A DNA stretch of 64,000 nt from the NCBI GenBank assembly GCA_023229865.1, contig JALNYL010000005.1, forward strand, positions 4,422-68,421. The letters are read 5' to 3'. Origin of the DNA: Minisyncoccota bacterium (lineage in GTDB: Bacteria > Patescibacteriota > Minisyncoccia > Phycocordibacterales > UBA1550). This document shows positions 19,519 to 30,577 of the stretch, one piece after another. The notes beneath the pieces are model-generated. The model saw only the letters and a list, made by a program, of their open reading frames with translations. It was not told where the DNA came from and ran no database searches. Each line of letters opens with the position of its first letter. The stretch's first letter is position 1. A program made the position numbers and the translations under genes.

Positions 19519-20295
19519 TTATTTTTTAATGAACCAGAAGCAGCCACAAGCGTCGTTCTGCTTGTCTGATTCTTCTTTTGTTGCGTTCCTGATTATACCA
19601 ACCTCTCTGGCGTTGTCGGGAATCAAAGAAAACTCCTCTAGGTGAAGATCTGAAAAATATTTCATAATTTGAGCGTATGAATATTGTCGGTGAGCGTTAA
19701 AGATGATTTTTGGATCACCGCCGATAGGCACGACGAACAATAAGCTTCCGCCAGGAGCGAGTACTCTTTTGAGTTCTTGTATTGCTTTTAAATCTCCTTG
19801 CGGATCAACGGGGTCTCCGTATCGGCCTAGTCCTACATGTTCTACTGTGTGCATGCAAGAAAGTGACATTATTGAGTTGTCTTGAAACGGCATTGAAAGC
19901 AGGTCGCCACTTTTTGTCTCGAGATTGTCTAGTTTTATATCTGCGGGGCGGTAGTCATAAAATTTTATGGGAATAAAAGCAGAGATAAGCGTGCTGAACG
20001 GGAGAAACGAAGAGAAGTCAACATGATACTCTGGCTTTGTTTTTGCAAGAATTCTTGCTGCCCATGCCGGGTGGTAGGTATAGTGTGGTTCGATTTTTGT
20101 TACTGTTGTTCTGTCGAGTAGTTGAGGGGCCATCGAAGATATTTTGAGAGGGAATCGCCCGTCATTGTTTTTTGAAAATTTATACAGATCAAGAACAAAA
20201 TAAACAAAGTTAATCAGTTTTTTTATTTTGATATAGAAAAAAACCGAAAAAGGGATCGCGATAATGATTTTTTTTGTTCTATTACTTATGTTCAT
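19519..20295 (-). CDS. methyltransferase-like protein (DUF268-type, class I MTase fold)
   Basis: SCMHTVEHVGLGRYGD...LAPGGSLLFVVP; paralog of 22505..23254. Confidence 0.6.
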   Translation of the reverse strand: MNISNRTKKIIIAIPFSVFFYIKIKKLINFVYFVLDLYKFSKNNDGRFPLKISSMAPQLLDRTTVTKIEPHYTYHPAWAARILAKTKPEYHVDFSSFLPFSTLISAFIPIKFYDYRPADIKLDNLETKSGDLLSMPFQDNSIMSLSCMHTVEHVGLGRYGDPVDPQGDLKAIQELKRVLAPGGSLLFVVPIGGDPKIIFNAHRQYSYAQIMKYFSDLHLEEFSLIPDNAREVGIIRNATKEESDKQNDACGCFWFIKK

Positions 20296-21558
20296 TTATT
20301 TATTGATGACCTTGTAGTCTAATATCGATGCCATGACACCAAGATTTTGTCCGTTATAGGCTGCGGTTTTTGGATTATTGATATCTTGAATTTCGAAGCC
20401 GATGTATTGTCGTATGTCGAGTCTTTCAACAAAAACCTTGTCTACGGTTACGTCAAAATGGTAATGACCAACATTGAATAAAAATTTTGGTACAGACACA
20501 ATTACCTCGTAATCACCCTTCTTGAAATCGGATAATTTTTCCGCCTGATCAGAGATTGATGAAATAAGAACCACTTCCCCCTGATAAGAGAATTGCAAGG
20601 TGATGATTACTCCAGTAACGTCGTTATTCACCTCTAGGTTTAACTTTATCGAGAAGTCTTCGCTTATGGGGATGCGCGCTGCTGGAGTATTGTTTTTGTT
20701 GAGAATCGTTATTTTGGATACTTGTACGTCTTTCCCATGGTTGGTGTTAAATTCGCTGACAGCATTCAACCCCTTGGTGTCATTAAGGTAGTGGTCAACC
20801 ACCTTGTCTGTTGTGTCAAACATCACAATGTTTCCTTTTTCAAGAAGGATGCTTTTGTTGCAAAGTTGCTGTATCGCGTTTATATTGTGGCTCACAAAGA
20901 GAATTGTGCGACCCTTCTTTTCAGTGATATCCTGCATTTTCCCCATGCACTTTTTTTGAAATTCTGCGTCTCCAACAGCAAGCACTTCATCAACAATAAG
21001 AATATCTGGCTCCATGTGTGCTGCGACGGAAAACGCAAGTCGAACATACATACCAGAAGAGTAGTATTTTACGGGCGTATCCAAAAACTTTTCGATCTCT
21101 GCAAAGGCAACGATCTCGTCAAATTTACGCGCGATCTCACTTCGTTTCATTCCCAAAATTGCGCCGTTGAGAAAAATGTTTTCTCTGCCTGTTAATTCTG
21201 GATGAAATCCTGTCCCAACTTCAAGGAGTGATCCCACTGTCCCGCGAATCTTTATTTCTCCTGTTGTTGGTGGTGTAATTTGGGAAAGAATTTTAAGCAA
21301 GGTTGATTTTCCTGCGCCGTTTCTTCCAATAATACCGACAACTTCCCCTTTTTTAATAGTAAGATTGAGGTCTTTTAATGCCCAAAAGTCCTCCTGTTTT
21401 TCAAGTCCAGCGACTTGCTTGATTTTGTACTTCAAAAATTTGAAGGGGGCTTTGAGAACCCCTGCGAGAACGTCGCGCAATGCAACATACCGCCCACGTT
21501 CATGTGTGATTTTGTATTTTTTCCCAATGTTCTTTATTTCGATGATAGTGTCGGTCAT
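20296..21558 (-). CDS. wzt: polysaccharide ABC exporter ATP-binding protein Wzt with C-terminal glycan-binding extension
   Basis: GRNGAGKSTLLKIL Walker A, LSGG-like signature, Walker B ILIVDE; ~170-aa C-terminal beta-rich extension beyond the NBD. Confidence 0.9.
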   Translation of the reverse strand: MTDTIIEIKNIGKKYKITHERGRYVALRDVLAGVLKAPFKFLKYKIKQVAGLEKQEDFWALKDLNLTIKKGEVVGIIGRNGAGKSTLLKILSQITPPTTGEIKIRGTVGSLLEVGTGFHPELTGRENIFLNGAILGMKRSEIARKFDEIVAFAEIEKFLDTPVKYYSSGMYVRLAFSVAAHMEPDILIVDEVLAVGDAEFQKKCMGKMQDITEKKGRTILFVSHNINAIQQLCNKSILLEKGNIVMFDTTDKVVDHYLNDTKGLNAVSEFNTNHGKDVQVSKITILNKNNTPAARIPISEDFSIKLNLEVNNDVTGVIITLQFSYQGEVVLISSISDQAEKLSDFKKGDYEVIVSVPKFLFNVGHYHFDVTVDKVFVERLDIRQYIGFEIQDINNPKTAAYNGQNLGVMASILDYKVINK

Positions 21559-21564
21559 GTTGTG

Positions 21565-22428
21565 TTATATGGTGTCGGCGAAATGGCGCTCTGCCTTCTT
21601 GAAGTTTACAATACCAACAATAAGAATGATCGCACATACGATGAATGATATTGAGATGAGGAGCCAGTTGATGGGTGTGGTTCCAAGAAGTGCCGCGCGA
21701 GCGTTCTGGATTACCCCCGTCATGGGGTTGATTGCAAGTATCCATGAATACTTTTCGGCAACGCTTGCGGGGTAGATGACAGGGGTCACGAAAAGCAAGA
21801 TTTGAATAAAGAACGGTAAGACGTATCTAACGTCGCGATACTTTACATTGATTGCAGCGAGAATGAGTCCCCCTCCCACCGATATCATGAATGTGATGAC
21901 GAGAAGTAGGGGGAAGACGAGGATCCCAACAAGATTCGGCGTGTACCCATAATAGAGCATCATCCCGAAAAGAATCATCGCTGCGATAGTAAAGTCGACG
22001 AATTTTGTCATTACTGAAGAGAAGGGGAGAATAAGTCTCGGAAAGTAAACTTTGGTAACTATCGCTTGGTTGGCGATGAGTACATTACTGGTGTCAGCAA
22101 GAGATGATGAAAAAAACTGCCAAAATATCAAGCCGGTATAAACAAAGATTGGGTAGGGAACTCCGTTTGAAGGAACCTTAAGAAGAATACCGAAAAAGAT
22201 GCTAAAAATTACCATCGTGACGAACGGCTGGAATACTGCCCACATAATCCCAATGTATGTTTGTTTGTATCGAACCTTAATGTCTCTCCATGTAAAAAAA
22301 TAAAGAAGTTCACGATACTGCCACACCTCGCGCAGGTCGTCAAAGCTGAATACTTTTTTGGGCTTTATGATTGTTAGATTACTCATGTGGTACTTTGCAA
22401 TGGTAGCATTTTGCGAGCTTAATTTCAA
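21565..22428 (-). CDS. wzm: ABC-2 type polysaccharide exporter permease Wzm
   Basis: 287 aa, 6 predicted TM helices, ABC-2 family character. Confidence 0.85.
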   Translation of the reverse strand: MKLSSQNATIAKYHMSNLTIIKPKKVFSFDDLREVWQYRELLYFFTWRDIKVRYKQTYIGIMWAVFQPFVTMVIFSIFFGILLKVPSNGVPYPIFVYTGLIFWQFFSSSLADTSNVLIANQAIVTKVYFPRLILPFSSVMTKFVDFTIAAMILFGMMLYYGYTPNLVGILVFPLLLVITFMISVGGGLILAAINVKYRDVRYVLPFFIQILLFVTPVIYPASVAEKYSWILAINPMTGVIQNARAALLGTTPINWLLISISFIVCAIILIVGIVNFKKAERHFADTI

Positions 22429-22504
22429 AAGACCAAAATATAGGCCTATTTCACGGTGTTTTTCTTGATAACATTTGATTGCGTTGGTGTGTTATAATTC
22501 ACCT

Positions 22505-23254
22505 ATGTTCAATTTTTTACGCACCATAAAGAGGTATTTTTTTAGAGTAAGATCATACGCGCTTTTCCCATTCGTTGCGAGTAGTTTTTTTGCCTTTAAG
22601 GCAAAGGATAAGCAGCACAGATTCAGCACTTCGTTTTTCGATGTGTTCCCGTGTCTTTTTGAAAACATTCCTTACACAAGATTTGATACCCACTATATTT
22701 ATCACACGGGATGGGCTGCACGAAAGGTTGAGGAAATAGGAGCAAAGGAGCACGTTGATATTTCTTCCAGTTTGTATTTTTCTAGTATCGTGTCGGCTTT
22801 CAAACCGGTTCGCTTTTATGATTTTCGCCCTGCTAAATTGAATTTATCGAATTTAATTTCAAGTCCGGCAAATCTTTTGAACTTGCCATTTGAAACAAAC
22901 TCGATAGATTCTCTTTCTTGTATGCACACAGTAGAACACGTTGGGTTGGGGAGGTATGGAGACGATATTGAACCAGATGGGGACTTGCGCGCCGCGCAAG
23001 AATTGTCTCGTGTTGTCAGGTCTGGGGGAAGTTTGCTTTTTGTTGTTCCTGTTGGTAAACCAAGGATTCAGTTTAATGCCCATCGCGTGTATTCATATGA
23101 TATGGTCGTCACCATGTTCCCTGACCTTACTCTTAAGGAGTTCTCTCTCATCCCTGATGACGCCCTGGAAACTGGTATGATATACAATGCGACAAAAGAA
23201 ATCGCTGACGCACAGGTGTATGGATGTGGATGTTTTTTGTTTACCAAAAAGTAG
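22505..23254 (+). CDS. methyltransferase-like protein (DUF268-type), paralog of 19519..20295
   Basis: near-identical motif block SCMHTVEHVGLGRYGDDIEPDGDL...SGGSLLFVVP; TTG at 22475 alternative start. Confidence 0.6.
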   Translation: MFNFLRTIKRYFFRVRSYALFPFVASSFFAFKAKDKQHRFSTSFFDVFPCLFENIPYTRFDTHYIYHTGWAARKVEEIGAKEHVDISSSLYFSSIVSAFKPVRFYDFRPAKLNLSNLISSPANLLNLPFETNSIDSLSCMHTVEHVGLGRYGDDIEPDGDLRAAQELSRVVRSGGSLLFVVPVGKPRIQFNAHRVYSYDMVVTMFPDLTLKEFSLIPDDALETGMIYNATKEIADAQVYGCGCFLFTKK

Positions 23255-23260
23255 CTTCAT

Positions 23261-24115
23261 ATGATTATAATAAAATTACAAGGAGGTCTTGGAAATCAAC
23301 TTTTTCAGTATGCGCTCGGGAAGACAATCGAAAAAACATACAACAAAGAGGTTGCATACGACATCTCTTCGTTTGAAGGGGATAAAAAAGTGACTCCCCG
23401 GTCGTTTCTTCTGGATAAATTCAAGACTAAATTAAAAATAGCGAATAATGTCGAGATCCGTGAGGTAAAAGAATCACTTTTATATCTTGCAAAAAAGATT
23501 TTGAACAAATTCTTTTTTAAAAAATACCATATTGCTTATGAAGCAGATTTCTTGGATTCGATCAAAGATTCGGACTCCATGTATTTGGAGGGATATTGGC
23601 AGAGCGTTCGTTATGTAGAGCCGTGTATTATTGATTTGAGGGAGGAAATTGTCTTGGTTGATGGTTCGAATGAGCGGCTTGAGGGGGCGGTAGGGGGCGC
23701 CATGCAAGGTGAGTCAGTTGCGGTACATGTCCGAAGAGGGGACTATGTGACTGCGGGGACTGATCTAAGTGTTCTTGATATTTCGTATTATAAAATGGCA
23801 AAAGAATTTCTTTGTGAAAAGTTAAAGAACCCTCATTTTTATGTTTTTACCGATGATGCTATGTGGGTGAAGGAACAGTTTACTTTTTTACCCAAAGGAA
23901 ATACCACCTATGTTTCTGAGCTTGGATTGCGGGACTATGAGGAACTCATTTTGATGACAACGTGCAAAAATGCAGTCATTGCGAACTCGTCGTTCTCTTG
24001 GTGGGGAGCTATGTTGCGTAACGAAAAGGGGCTTACTCTCTGTCCAAAAGACTGGAAGAATGCATTTCTTAAAAACGATGAAAATCTGTGCCCAGATGAC
24101 TGGATCAGAATCTAG
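23261..24115 (+). CDS. glycosyltransferase family 11 (alpha-1,2-fucosyltransferase), second copy
   Basis: GGLGNQLFQYA and HVRRGDY motifs. Confidence 0.8.
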   Translation: MIIIKLQGGLGNQLFQYALGKTIEKTYNKEVAYDISSFEGDKKVTPRSFLLDKFKTKLKIANNVEIREVKESLLYLAKKILNKFFFKKYHIAYEADFLDSIKDSDSMYLEGYWQSVRYVEPCIIDLREEIVLVDGSNERLEGAVGGAMQGESVAVHVRRGDYVTAGTDLSVLDISYYKMAKEFLCEKLKNPHFYVFTDDAMWVKEQFTFLPKGNTTYVSELGLRDYEELILMTTCKNAVIANSSFSWWGAMLRNEKGLTLCPKDWKNAFLKNDENLCPDDWIRI

Positions 24116-24119
24116 TAGC

Positions 24120-24890
24120 TCATCCTTTAATGCTAAGGCGGACAAAACGCAAGAGTAGATATATGCAAAATGTCGGATGATAGAGGAGGTGAAGATTGAA
24201 TCCTTCTTGTGCAATTAAGGATAGCATCTCAAGTTGTTTTTTACGCGGGCGAGTGCGGAAATTGAGGCCAGAAGCTTCGTCGTACCCGTCGGTGAGAGTG
24301 CTGTTGTGGGGAGAATAGAACATGTGTGTTTTGAGTCCGATTTGAAAAAAGAAGATCCACTCTTCCGCCTGCTTGATGCGTGTCGAAAATCGCACGTTCG
24401 TAACGATTTTTGCGTTTATACAGTGCGTCGCATCACCTTCACCTTTTTTAGTAATGAGATAGTCCCATGCGTAAGAATATGTGGTGTCGGGCTTTGGAAA
24501 TTTTGTTGCTGACTTACCGCTTGCGTATGCGCGGTTTGTAACAAACCATGTTTCCTTTGGGTGTGCCAAGATAAGGTCGTGAAGTGTTGCGAGTGCGTCT
24601 GGGGTGAGGTAGTCGTCATCATCTAAAAAGATGACCCAGTCCGAATCCCTTACGGCAATATCAAGTGCTCGGTTGCGGGAGAAATTTACTCCTGAGTTTT
24701 CCTCGTTTTTCAAATAGGTGATACGACGGTCGGCGATATCTTGTTCAAGGGGTGCATAGCTTATGTCTTCAGGGGAGTCGTTGACGATGATCATTCTCCA
24801 TTCGGCATAGGTCTGCCCAAGAACCGACTCGATTGCGCGAGTAAGCTTGTCGGCGCGTTTGTGGGTAGGGGTGATGATGGTGAATCTCAT
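24120..24890 (-). CDS. glycosyltransferase family 2
   Basis: FTIITPTHKR..., FLDDDD DXD motif; start chosen at MRFTIITP. Confidence 0.75.
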   Translation of the reverse strand: MRFTIITPTHKRADKLTRAIESVLGQTYAEWRMIIVNDSPEDISYAPLEQDIADRRITYLKNEENSGVNFSRNRALDIAVRDSDWVIFLDDDDYLTPDALATLHDLILAHPKETWFVTNRAYASGKSATKFPKPDTTYSYAWDYLITKKGEGDATHCINAKIVTNVRFSTRIKQAEEWIFFFQIGLKTHMFYSPHNSTLTDGYDEASGLNFRTRPRKKQLEMLSLIAQEGFNLHLLYHPTFCIYLLLRFVRLSIKG

Positions 24891-24901
24891 GATTGGGAAG
24901 T

Positions 24902-25810
24902 TTATTTTTGGGGTAAGCAAAGGAGGTCGCACTGAGCTTTTTTGTTGTTGGAGAACTCAGAAAGAAAATCTTCCTTCGATACTACTTGCTTCATGTAATT
25001 TTCGACATCGTATAAATTGTAGCCAAGGTTCTGCAATAGGGAAATAATCTTATTGCCATGATCCCTTCCTTTTTCAAAATACAATTTACCAGAAAATTCC
25101 ATAACGATGACTGGTTTATGGATGGCGAGAACCTTTTGTATACCAGCTAGGACTTCGTATTCGTACCCCTCAACATCCATCTTGATCATATCGACACGCT
25201 GAAAGTCTTTCAATTCATCGTCGCCTCTTTTGATGTTGATGACAATCTCCTCGTTTTCTTTCCCGTGGGGTCCAACAATAGAAGAGCCACCGACATTGTT
25301 TGTTTCAACATAGAGAGTCTCTGTTTTTGGTGCTTCTCCAAGGGCTATGTTGCGTGCGTCAATGATGTCTTCAAAGTGGTTGATCCTTGCGCTGTCGAGG
25401 AGCTGGTTATAGACACGGGGGATTGGTTCGAATGAGGATACTTTCCCTTCAGTGCCCACGACTGAAGCTGCGAACATGGTATGTTGTCCAATGTTTGCCC
25501 CAATATCTACAAAGACATCTCCTTTTTTGAGATGCTGCGCAATAAGGTCAAGGATAAACGGTTCGTAGACTCCGTATAGATAGATATGCTTATCAATGAA
25601 CCCATTTTGGGGAGAAATGAACAAGGAAAAAGCATGCCCGTGATGAGACACGTCTACTGGTCGATATGTTGTAAAGCTTTTTAAGCGAACTGCATCAATG
25701 GTGTCCACAAGTTTGATGAATATTTTTTGCCAAAGACCAAGAACCACCACAAAAAGTGTTTTTGGTAAGATTTTTTTTAGTGTGTACTTGATTTTGCTTC
25801 TGTTGATCAT
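24902..25810 (-). CDS. FkbM-family methyltransferase
   Basis: VFVDIGANIGQHT motif, MTase_21-like. Confidence 0.7.
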   Translation of the reverse strand: MINRSKIKYTLKKILPKTLFVVVLGLWQKIFIKLVDTIDAVRLKSFTTYRPVDVSHHGHAFSLFISPQNGFIDKHIYLYGVYEPFILDLIAQHLKKGDVFVDIGANIGQHTMFAASVVGTEGKVSSFEPIPRVYNQLLDSARINHFEDIIDARNIALGEAPKTETLYVETNNVGGSSIVGPHGKENEEIVINIKRGDDELKDFQRVDMIKMDVEGYEYEVLAGIQKVLAIHKPVIVMEFSGKLYFEKGRDHGNKIISLLQNLGYNLYDVENYMKQVVSKEDFLSEFSNNKKAQCDLLCLPQK

Positions 25811-25814
25811 AGTT

Positions 25815-26513
25815 TTATATAAAACCTAAAAGTTTTTTTAAAAACTTTTTAATGCCAATTATTTCAACCATTTTTTTCCCAAAACTATAAAGGCCTATTT
25901 TTTTGAAGAATTTGTTAAGTGGATGACCCCATGAATAGTGCCAGAGATGAACTCCGAGGACTTCGGGTCCAAGGTTTTGTCCGTGGAATTCTTTGATGTG
26001 GTCGCTATCGAATGGGTAAAAAGTTTTTGGTGGGCAAACGACAATATTTGATTTGTCTGTGTAAGTTTCGAAAGCTTGCGAGAGGGCGCGGGGGATAGTG
26101 ATGAGTTCGCTAGGGTTCTCGTCATAGAACTTTTTACACGTTTCAACGAAGGGGTGATGTGCTGTGGTGCCAATCATGCCGGCGCTAATAATTCCAGGGG
26201 CCTCTTCTCCGAGGACACATGAGTGGCGCGTGAGTGGTCCCAGAGACTGAAGGAGGAGCATATCAGTATCAAGGTAGAAACCACCATGTTCGGTAAGGAT
26301 GTGGAGTCGCGCGTAATCTGCAACAAACGCCCACTTTTTTTCAGCATACATCCGTTTTGCAAAAGGGAAGTCGTTGATGGGGAAGTTGTCCTCGTTCCAT
26401 TCCTTGATTTCAAAATCTGGGCACATTTTTTTCCAGCTTTCAATACAATCAAGAATTTCGGGAGTTTTTGGATTATTGCCGAACCAACAATAATGGATGA
26501 TTTTTGGGATCAT
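25815..26513 (-). CDS. glycosyltransferase family 32-like (DXD-containing sugar transferase)
   Basis: IPKIIHYCWFG and YLDTDM motifs; start trimmed to avoid overlap with fcl. Confidence 0.7.
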   Translation of the reverse strand: MIPKIIHYCWFGNNPKTPEILDCIESWKKMCPDFEIKEWNEDNFPINDFPFAKRMYAEKKWAFVADYARLHILTEHGGFYLDTDMLLLQSLGPLTRHSCVLGEEAPGIISAGMIGTTAHHPFVETCKKFYDENPSELITIPRALSQAFETYTDKSNIVVCPPKTFYPFDSDHIKEFHGQNLGPEVLGVHLWHYSWGHPLNKFFKKIGLYSFGKKMVEIIGIKKFLKKLLGFI

Positions 26514-26556
26514 GATGTTCGTAAGTTTTAGTATACCATCAACACACTGAGATCCA

Positions 26557-27486
26557 TTATTTATAATTTTCTTTGAACCACTCGTATGTTGATATGATGC
26601 CTTCGTCGAGGGGTATGGTGTGCTTCCAACCAAGATTGTGAAGTTTTGACACATCAAGTAGTTTTCTTGGGGTGCCGTCGGGCTTGGTTGAATCCCAGAC
26701 TATCTCGCCTTCATAGCCGACCACCTCTTTAATCTTTTCCGCGAGCTCTTTAATGGTGACGTCTTCTCCTGTGCCGACGTTTACAATTTCAGAATCGTTG
26801 TAATTCTCTACAAGGAAGATGCTTGCTGCAGCAAGGTCGTCAACGTGAAGAAACTCGCGCATAGCGCTCCCTGTGCCCCAGAGGGTAATAGTAGGGCTCC
26901 CTGAAGCCTTGGCTTCGTGGAATTTACGAATCATTGCAGGCATAACGTGCGAATTTTCAAGGTCAAAATTGTCATTTGTGCCATAGAGGTTTGTTGGCAT
27001 GAGTGAAATAAAGTTAGTGCCATATTGTTCATTGTAAGATTGGCACATAATAATGCCTGCAATCTTTGCGATGGCGTAGGCTTTATTGGAAGGTTCGAGT
27101 GCGCTTGTGAGAAGGTACTCCTCTTTGATCGGCTGTGGACAAAGTTTTGGATAAATGCACGAGCTGCCGAGGAACAACAATTTCTTTATCTTGTTTTCAT
27201 AAGCGCTTTGAATAATGTTTGTTTGTATAACAAGGTTGTGATGGATGAAATCAGCGGGGTAGGTTTTGTTGGCCATAATCCCGCCCACTTTTGCAGCGGC
27301 GAGAAAAACATACTCAGGTTTTTCTTCCGCAAAGAAGTTAGTGACTGCTTGTTGATTGGTGAGATCAAGCTCTTTGTGTGTTTTTAGAACAAGATTGGTA
27401 AAACCCGCTTTTTCTAGCGCTCGTACAATAGCAGATCCTACGAGTCCACGATGTCCAGCGACAAAAATTTTTGAATTCTTTTCCAT
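26557..27486 (-). CDS. fcl: GDP-L-fucose synthase (GDP-4-keto-6-deoxymannose 3,5-epimerase/4-reductase)
   Basis: [14 protein letters not shown]..., YxxxK SDR; operonic with gmd. Confidence 0.9.
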   Translation of the reverse strand: MEKNSKIFVAGHRGLVGSAIVRALEKAGFTNLVLKTHKELDLTNQQAVTNFFAEEKPEYVFLAAAKVGGIMANKTYPADFIHHNLVIQTNIIQSAYENKIKKLLFLGSSCIYPKLCPQPIKEEYLLTSALEPSNKAYAIAKIAGIIMCQSYNEQYGTNFISLMPTNLYGTNDNFDLENSHVMPAMIRKFHEAKASGSPTITLWGTGSAMREFLHVDDLAAASIFLVENYNDSEIVNVGTGEDVTIKELAEKIKEVVGYEGEIVWDSTKPDGTPRKLLDVSKLHNLGWKHTIPLDEGIISTYEWFKENYK

Positions 27487-27494
27487 GTTATAAA

Positions 27495-27947
27495 TTATTT
27501 AGATTTTGTAAAACCTGCCAAAACAAGAAACTTTTTCACATAAGGATGCCAGGTGTCGTCAATATGAGTATACCATTGATATTCTTCATTTTGTGTATCA
27601 AGAGCTACGGTGTCGCCATCGTCTTTAGAATTAGCGAGAAAGACAACGTTTATTGTATGTGTGGAGTCATCAAATGGACCGTCGGGGAACATCGTTTCGT
27701 CTACGCCAAGGATCTTTTCAATACTTATTTCAATTCCCAATTCCTCCTGCGCCTTTCTTTTTGCTGCATCTTCGAGCCCCTCACCCTTAAATATTCTTCC
27801 TCCTGGGAAAAACCATTGCCCCTGAGCGGGCTTGTTGTTTCGTTTTGCGAGTAAGAAGGAATTATCCCTCACGACAACAACATCGACGCAGACAATAGGG
27901 AGGACTGCGTGAATCTTTTGGTAGAGTTCGGTGGGGATGTGATTCAT
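27495..27947 (-). CDS. gmm: GDP-mannose mannosyl hydrolase-like Nudix protein
   Basis: Nudix box [25 protein letters not shown]; location between gmd and fcl. Confidence 0.75.
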   Translation of the reverse strand: MNHIPTELYQKIHAVLPIVCVDVVVVRDNSFLLAKRNNKPAQGQWFFPGGRIFKGEGLEDAAKRKAQEELGIEISIEKILGVDETMFPDGPFDDSTHTINVVFLANSKDDGDTVALDTQNEEYQWYTHIDDTWHPYVKKFLVLAGFTKSK

Positions 27948-27963
27948 TTAGGGGCGTCTAACT

Positions 27964-29046
27964 TTATTCGTAATGTTTTTCAATGGTAAATCCACCTTTG
28001 GTGAGGTGTAGATCTTTCTTTGCTTCTGCGAGGTCAGTCGCAACCATTTCTTTTACGAGACCTTCAAATTTAATCTCTGCCTCCCACCCAAGTTTTTTTC
28101 TCGCTTTTGATGGGTCTCCAAGGAGTGATTCAACTTCAGTCGGACGGAAATAGCGAGGGTCTACCTCAATAATTGTTTTCCCGGTAGTTTTGTCGATGCC
28201 GATTTCATTAACACCCTCTCCTTTCCACTCAAGCTCAATACCAAGCTCTTTGAAGACGGCGTCACAAAAAACGCGCACGGAATATTGTTCGCCCGTTGCA
28301 ATCACAAAATCTTCTGGGGTCTCCACTTGGAGCATGAGATACATTGCGTTCACGTAATCTTTTGCATGGCCCCAGTCGCGTTTCGCATTGAGATTACCAA
28401 GAAATAATTTCTCTTGGAGACCTAGAGAGATTCGTGCTGCTGCACGGGTGATCTTTTTAGTAACGAACGTTTCGCCACGACGAGGGGACTCATGGTTGAA
28501 GAGAATTCCTGACACTGCAAATATACCATAGGCTTCGCGATAGTTTTTGGTAATCCAATACGCATACACCTTTGCGGCGCCGTAGGGACTGCGTGGGTAA
28601 AAAGGAGTTTCCTCACTTTGGGGCGGAGGAGTTGCTCCAAACATTTCTGAGGTTGATGCTTGGTAGAATCTCGTTTTTTTCTCAAGGCCAAGGAGACGGA
28701 TTGCTTCAAGGATGCGGAGCGTGCCGAGCGCGTCTGAGTTACCCGTGTATTCAGGGACCTCAAAAGATACCTTCACGTGACTCTGTGCGGCGAGATTATA
28801 AATCTCGTCGGGTTGAACTTCTTTGATGATGCGAATGAGGTTGGTTGAGTCGGTGAGGTCTCCATAGTGAAGAAAGAGTCGTTTTCCTGACTCGTGCGGA
28901 TCTTGATAGATGTGATCGATTCTTCCTGTGTTAAAACTACTTGCGCGACGAATCAGCCCGTGGACCTCGTACCCCTTTTCAAGGAGGAGTTCTGCAAGGT
29001 ATGAACCATCTTGCCCGGTAATTCCTGTTATAAGTGCTTTTTTCAT
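27964..29046 (-). CDS. gmd: GDP-mannose 4,6-dehydratase
   Basis: [27 protein letters not shown]... canonical Gmd N-terminus. Confidence 0.95.
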   Translation of the reverse strand: MKKALITGITGQDGSYLAELLLEKGYEVHGLIRRASSFNTGRIDHIYQDPHESGKRLFLHYGDLTDSTNLIRIIKEVQPDEIYNLAAQSHVKVSFEVPEYTGNSDALGTLRILEAIRLLGLEKKTRFYQASTSEMFGATPPPQSEETPFYPRSPYGAAKVYAYWITKNYREAYGIFAVSGILFNHESPRRGETFVTKKITRAAARISLGLQEKLFLGNLNAKRDWGHAKDYVNAMYLMLQVETPEDFVIATGEQYSVRVFCDAVFKELGIELEWKGEGVNEIGIDKTTGKTIIEVDPRYFRPTEVESLLGDPSKARKKLGWEAEIKFEGLVKEMVATDLAEAKKDLHLTKGGFTIEKHYE

Positions 29047-29141
29047 ATAAAGGAATGTTACACTATTTTTACCTGATTTGGTAGCGTTTATTAGGGAAAT
29101 TGTGGTACGATAAAAACAAACAGAACTTCTTGGGGAATTCT

Positions 29142-30557
29142 ATGAAAGAACAATTAAATAATCACCATTATGCAGTAATACTTGCGGGGGGGTCGGGGAC
29201 AAGGCTCTGGCCTATTAGTCGTGAGCTCTACCCAAAGCAGCTCTTGGCCCTTACGGGGAACAAAACGCTTATTCAAGAGACTTTTTTGCGAGCAGAAAGT
29301 ATTGTTCCAAAAGAAAATATTTTTATCGTTACGAATAAACAGTTCACTACAGATATTCTTCTTCAGCTTAAGGAGTATGGTTTTGTGCGCGATCAGCTTA
29401 TTATCGAGCCATCACAAAAAAATACAGCCCCTGCAATCGCTCTCGCAGCTCAAGTTATTGAAAAGAAAGACAAAGATGCCTTAATGTTCGTCGCCCCTGC
29501 AGACCATCTGATTGTCGACGCGATGGGGTTTAAAAAAAGTGTGATCAATGCATTTGCGCGCGCAAAAGAGGGGAAACTTATAACGTTTGGGATTACTCCA
29601 GATAATCCAAGTACTGAATACGGTTATATTAAACCCAATAAGGACATTATCGACGGGGAAGCAACCTCAGTTGAATGCTTTGTTGAGAAGCCCCCATTAG
29701 AAATCGCTGAAAAATATATTAAAGAAGGGTATCTTTGGAATGCGGGTATTTTTGTGTGGGGAGTTAAGTCATTTAATGAAGAGCTCAAAAAATATTTGCC
29801 TGAGATTATTCATGCGATTTCTTTACGAGATAAAGATGAAGAGAAATTTGTTGAACATTTTTCGGTTATATCTCCTGTATCAATTGATGTTGGTCTTCTT
29901 GAGAGGAGTAGGGAAGTCGAAGTAATCAAAGTTAATTTTGGATGGAAAGATATTGGCTCCTGGAAGTCCTTGTATGAGCTTCTTGAAAAGGATGAGTGCG
30001 GAAATGTACTAAACGAGCATGCGCTTACTATCGATTGTGAAAATTCTTTAGTGTATGGCAACTCAAAAAGAGCCACCGTTGCAATAGGAATAACAGGGAT
30101 TGTCGTCGTGGACACTGAGGACGCGGTGCTCGTGGTTCGGAAAGAAGAAACGCATAAAATTAAACATGCATACGCTGAGCTCAAGGAGCGCAACAAGATG
30201 CAGTATAAAGAGCACAAGACCGTAATTCGTCCTTGGGGCTCGTACACCGTGCTTGAAGAAGGGCTTGGTTATAAGGTAAAAAAGATCGTCGTGAATCCGC
30301 ATGAAAAACTTAGCCTTCAGCTTCACCACAAGCGCTCAGAGCACTGGGTTGTAATACAGGGGACAGCAAAGGCGACTGTCGGCGAAAACGAGCTTCTTTA
30401 TGGTGCGCATCAGACCGTTGATATCCCTGTTGAAACAGTGCATCGTCTCGAAAATCCAACCAACGAAATCCTTGAGATTATAGAGGTACAGAGTGGTGTA
30501 TATTTGGGAGAGGATGATATTGTCCGCTATGATGATGTGTACGCGCGAAATGTTTAG
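29142..30557 (+). CDS. manC: mannose-1-phosphate guanylyltransferase / mannose-6-phosphate isomerase (bifunctional, C-terminal cupin)
   Basis: ILAGGSGTRLWP nucleotidyltransferase motif; C-terminal cupin (HHKRSEHWVV). Confidence 0.9.
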   Translation: MKEQLNNHHYAVILAGGSGTRLWPISRELYPKQLLALTGNKTLIQETFLRAESIVPKENIFIVTNKQFTTDILLQLKEYGFVRDQLIIEPSQKNTAPAIALAAQVIEKKDKDALMFVAPADHLIVDAMGFKKSVINAFARAKEGKLITFGITPDNPSTEYGYIKPNKDIIDGEATSVECFVEKPPLEIAEKYIKEGYLWNAGIFVWGVKSFNEELKKYLPEIIHAISLRDKDEEKFVEHFSVISPVSIDVGLLERSREVEVIKVNFGWKDIGSWKSLYELLEKDECGNVLNEHALTIDCENSLVYGNSKRATVAIGITGIVVVDTEDAVLVVRKEETHKIKHAYAELKERNKMQYKEHKTVIRPWGSYTVLEEGLGYKVKKIVVNPHEKLSLQLHHKRSEHWVVIQGTAKATVGENELLYGAHQTVDIPVETVHRLENPTNEILEIIEVQSGVYLGEDDIVRYDDVYARNV

Positions 30558-30577
30558 ACATTTCTAAATTTAACGGA

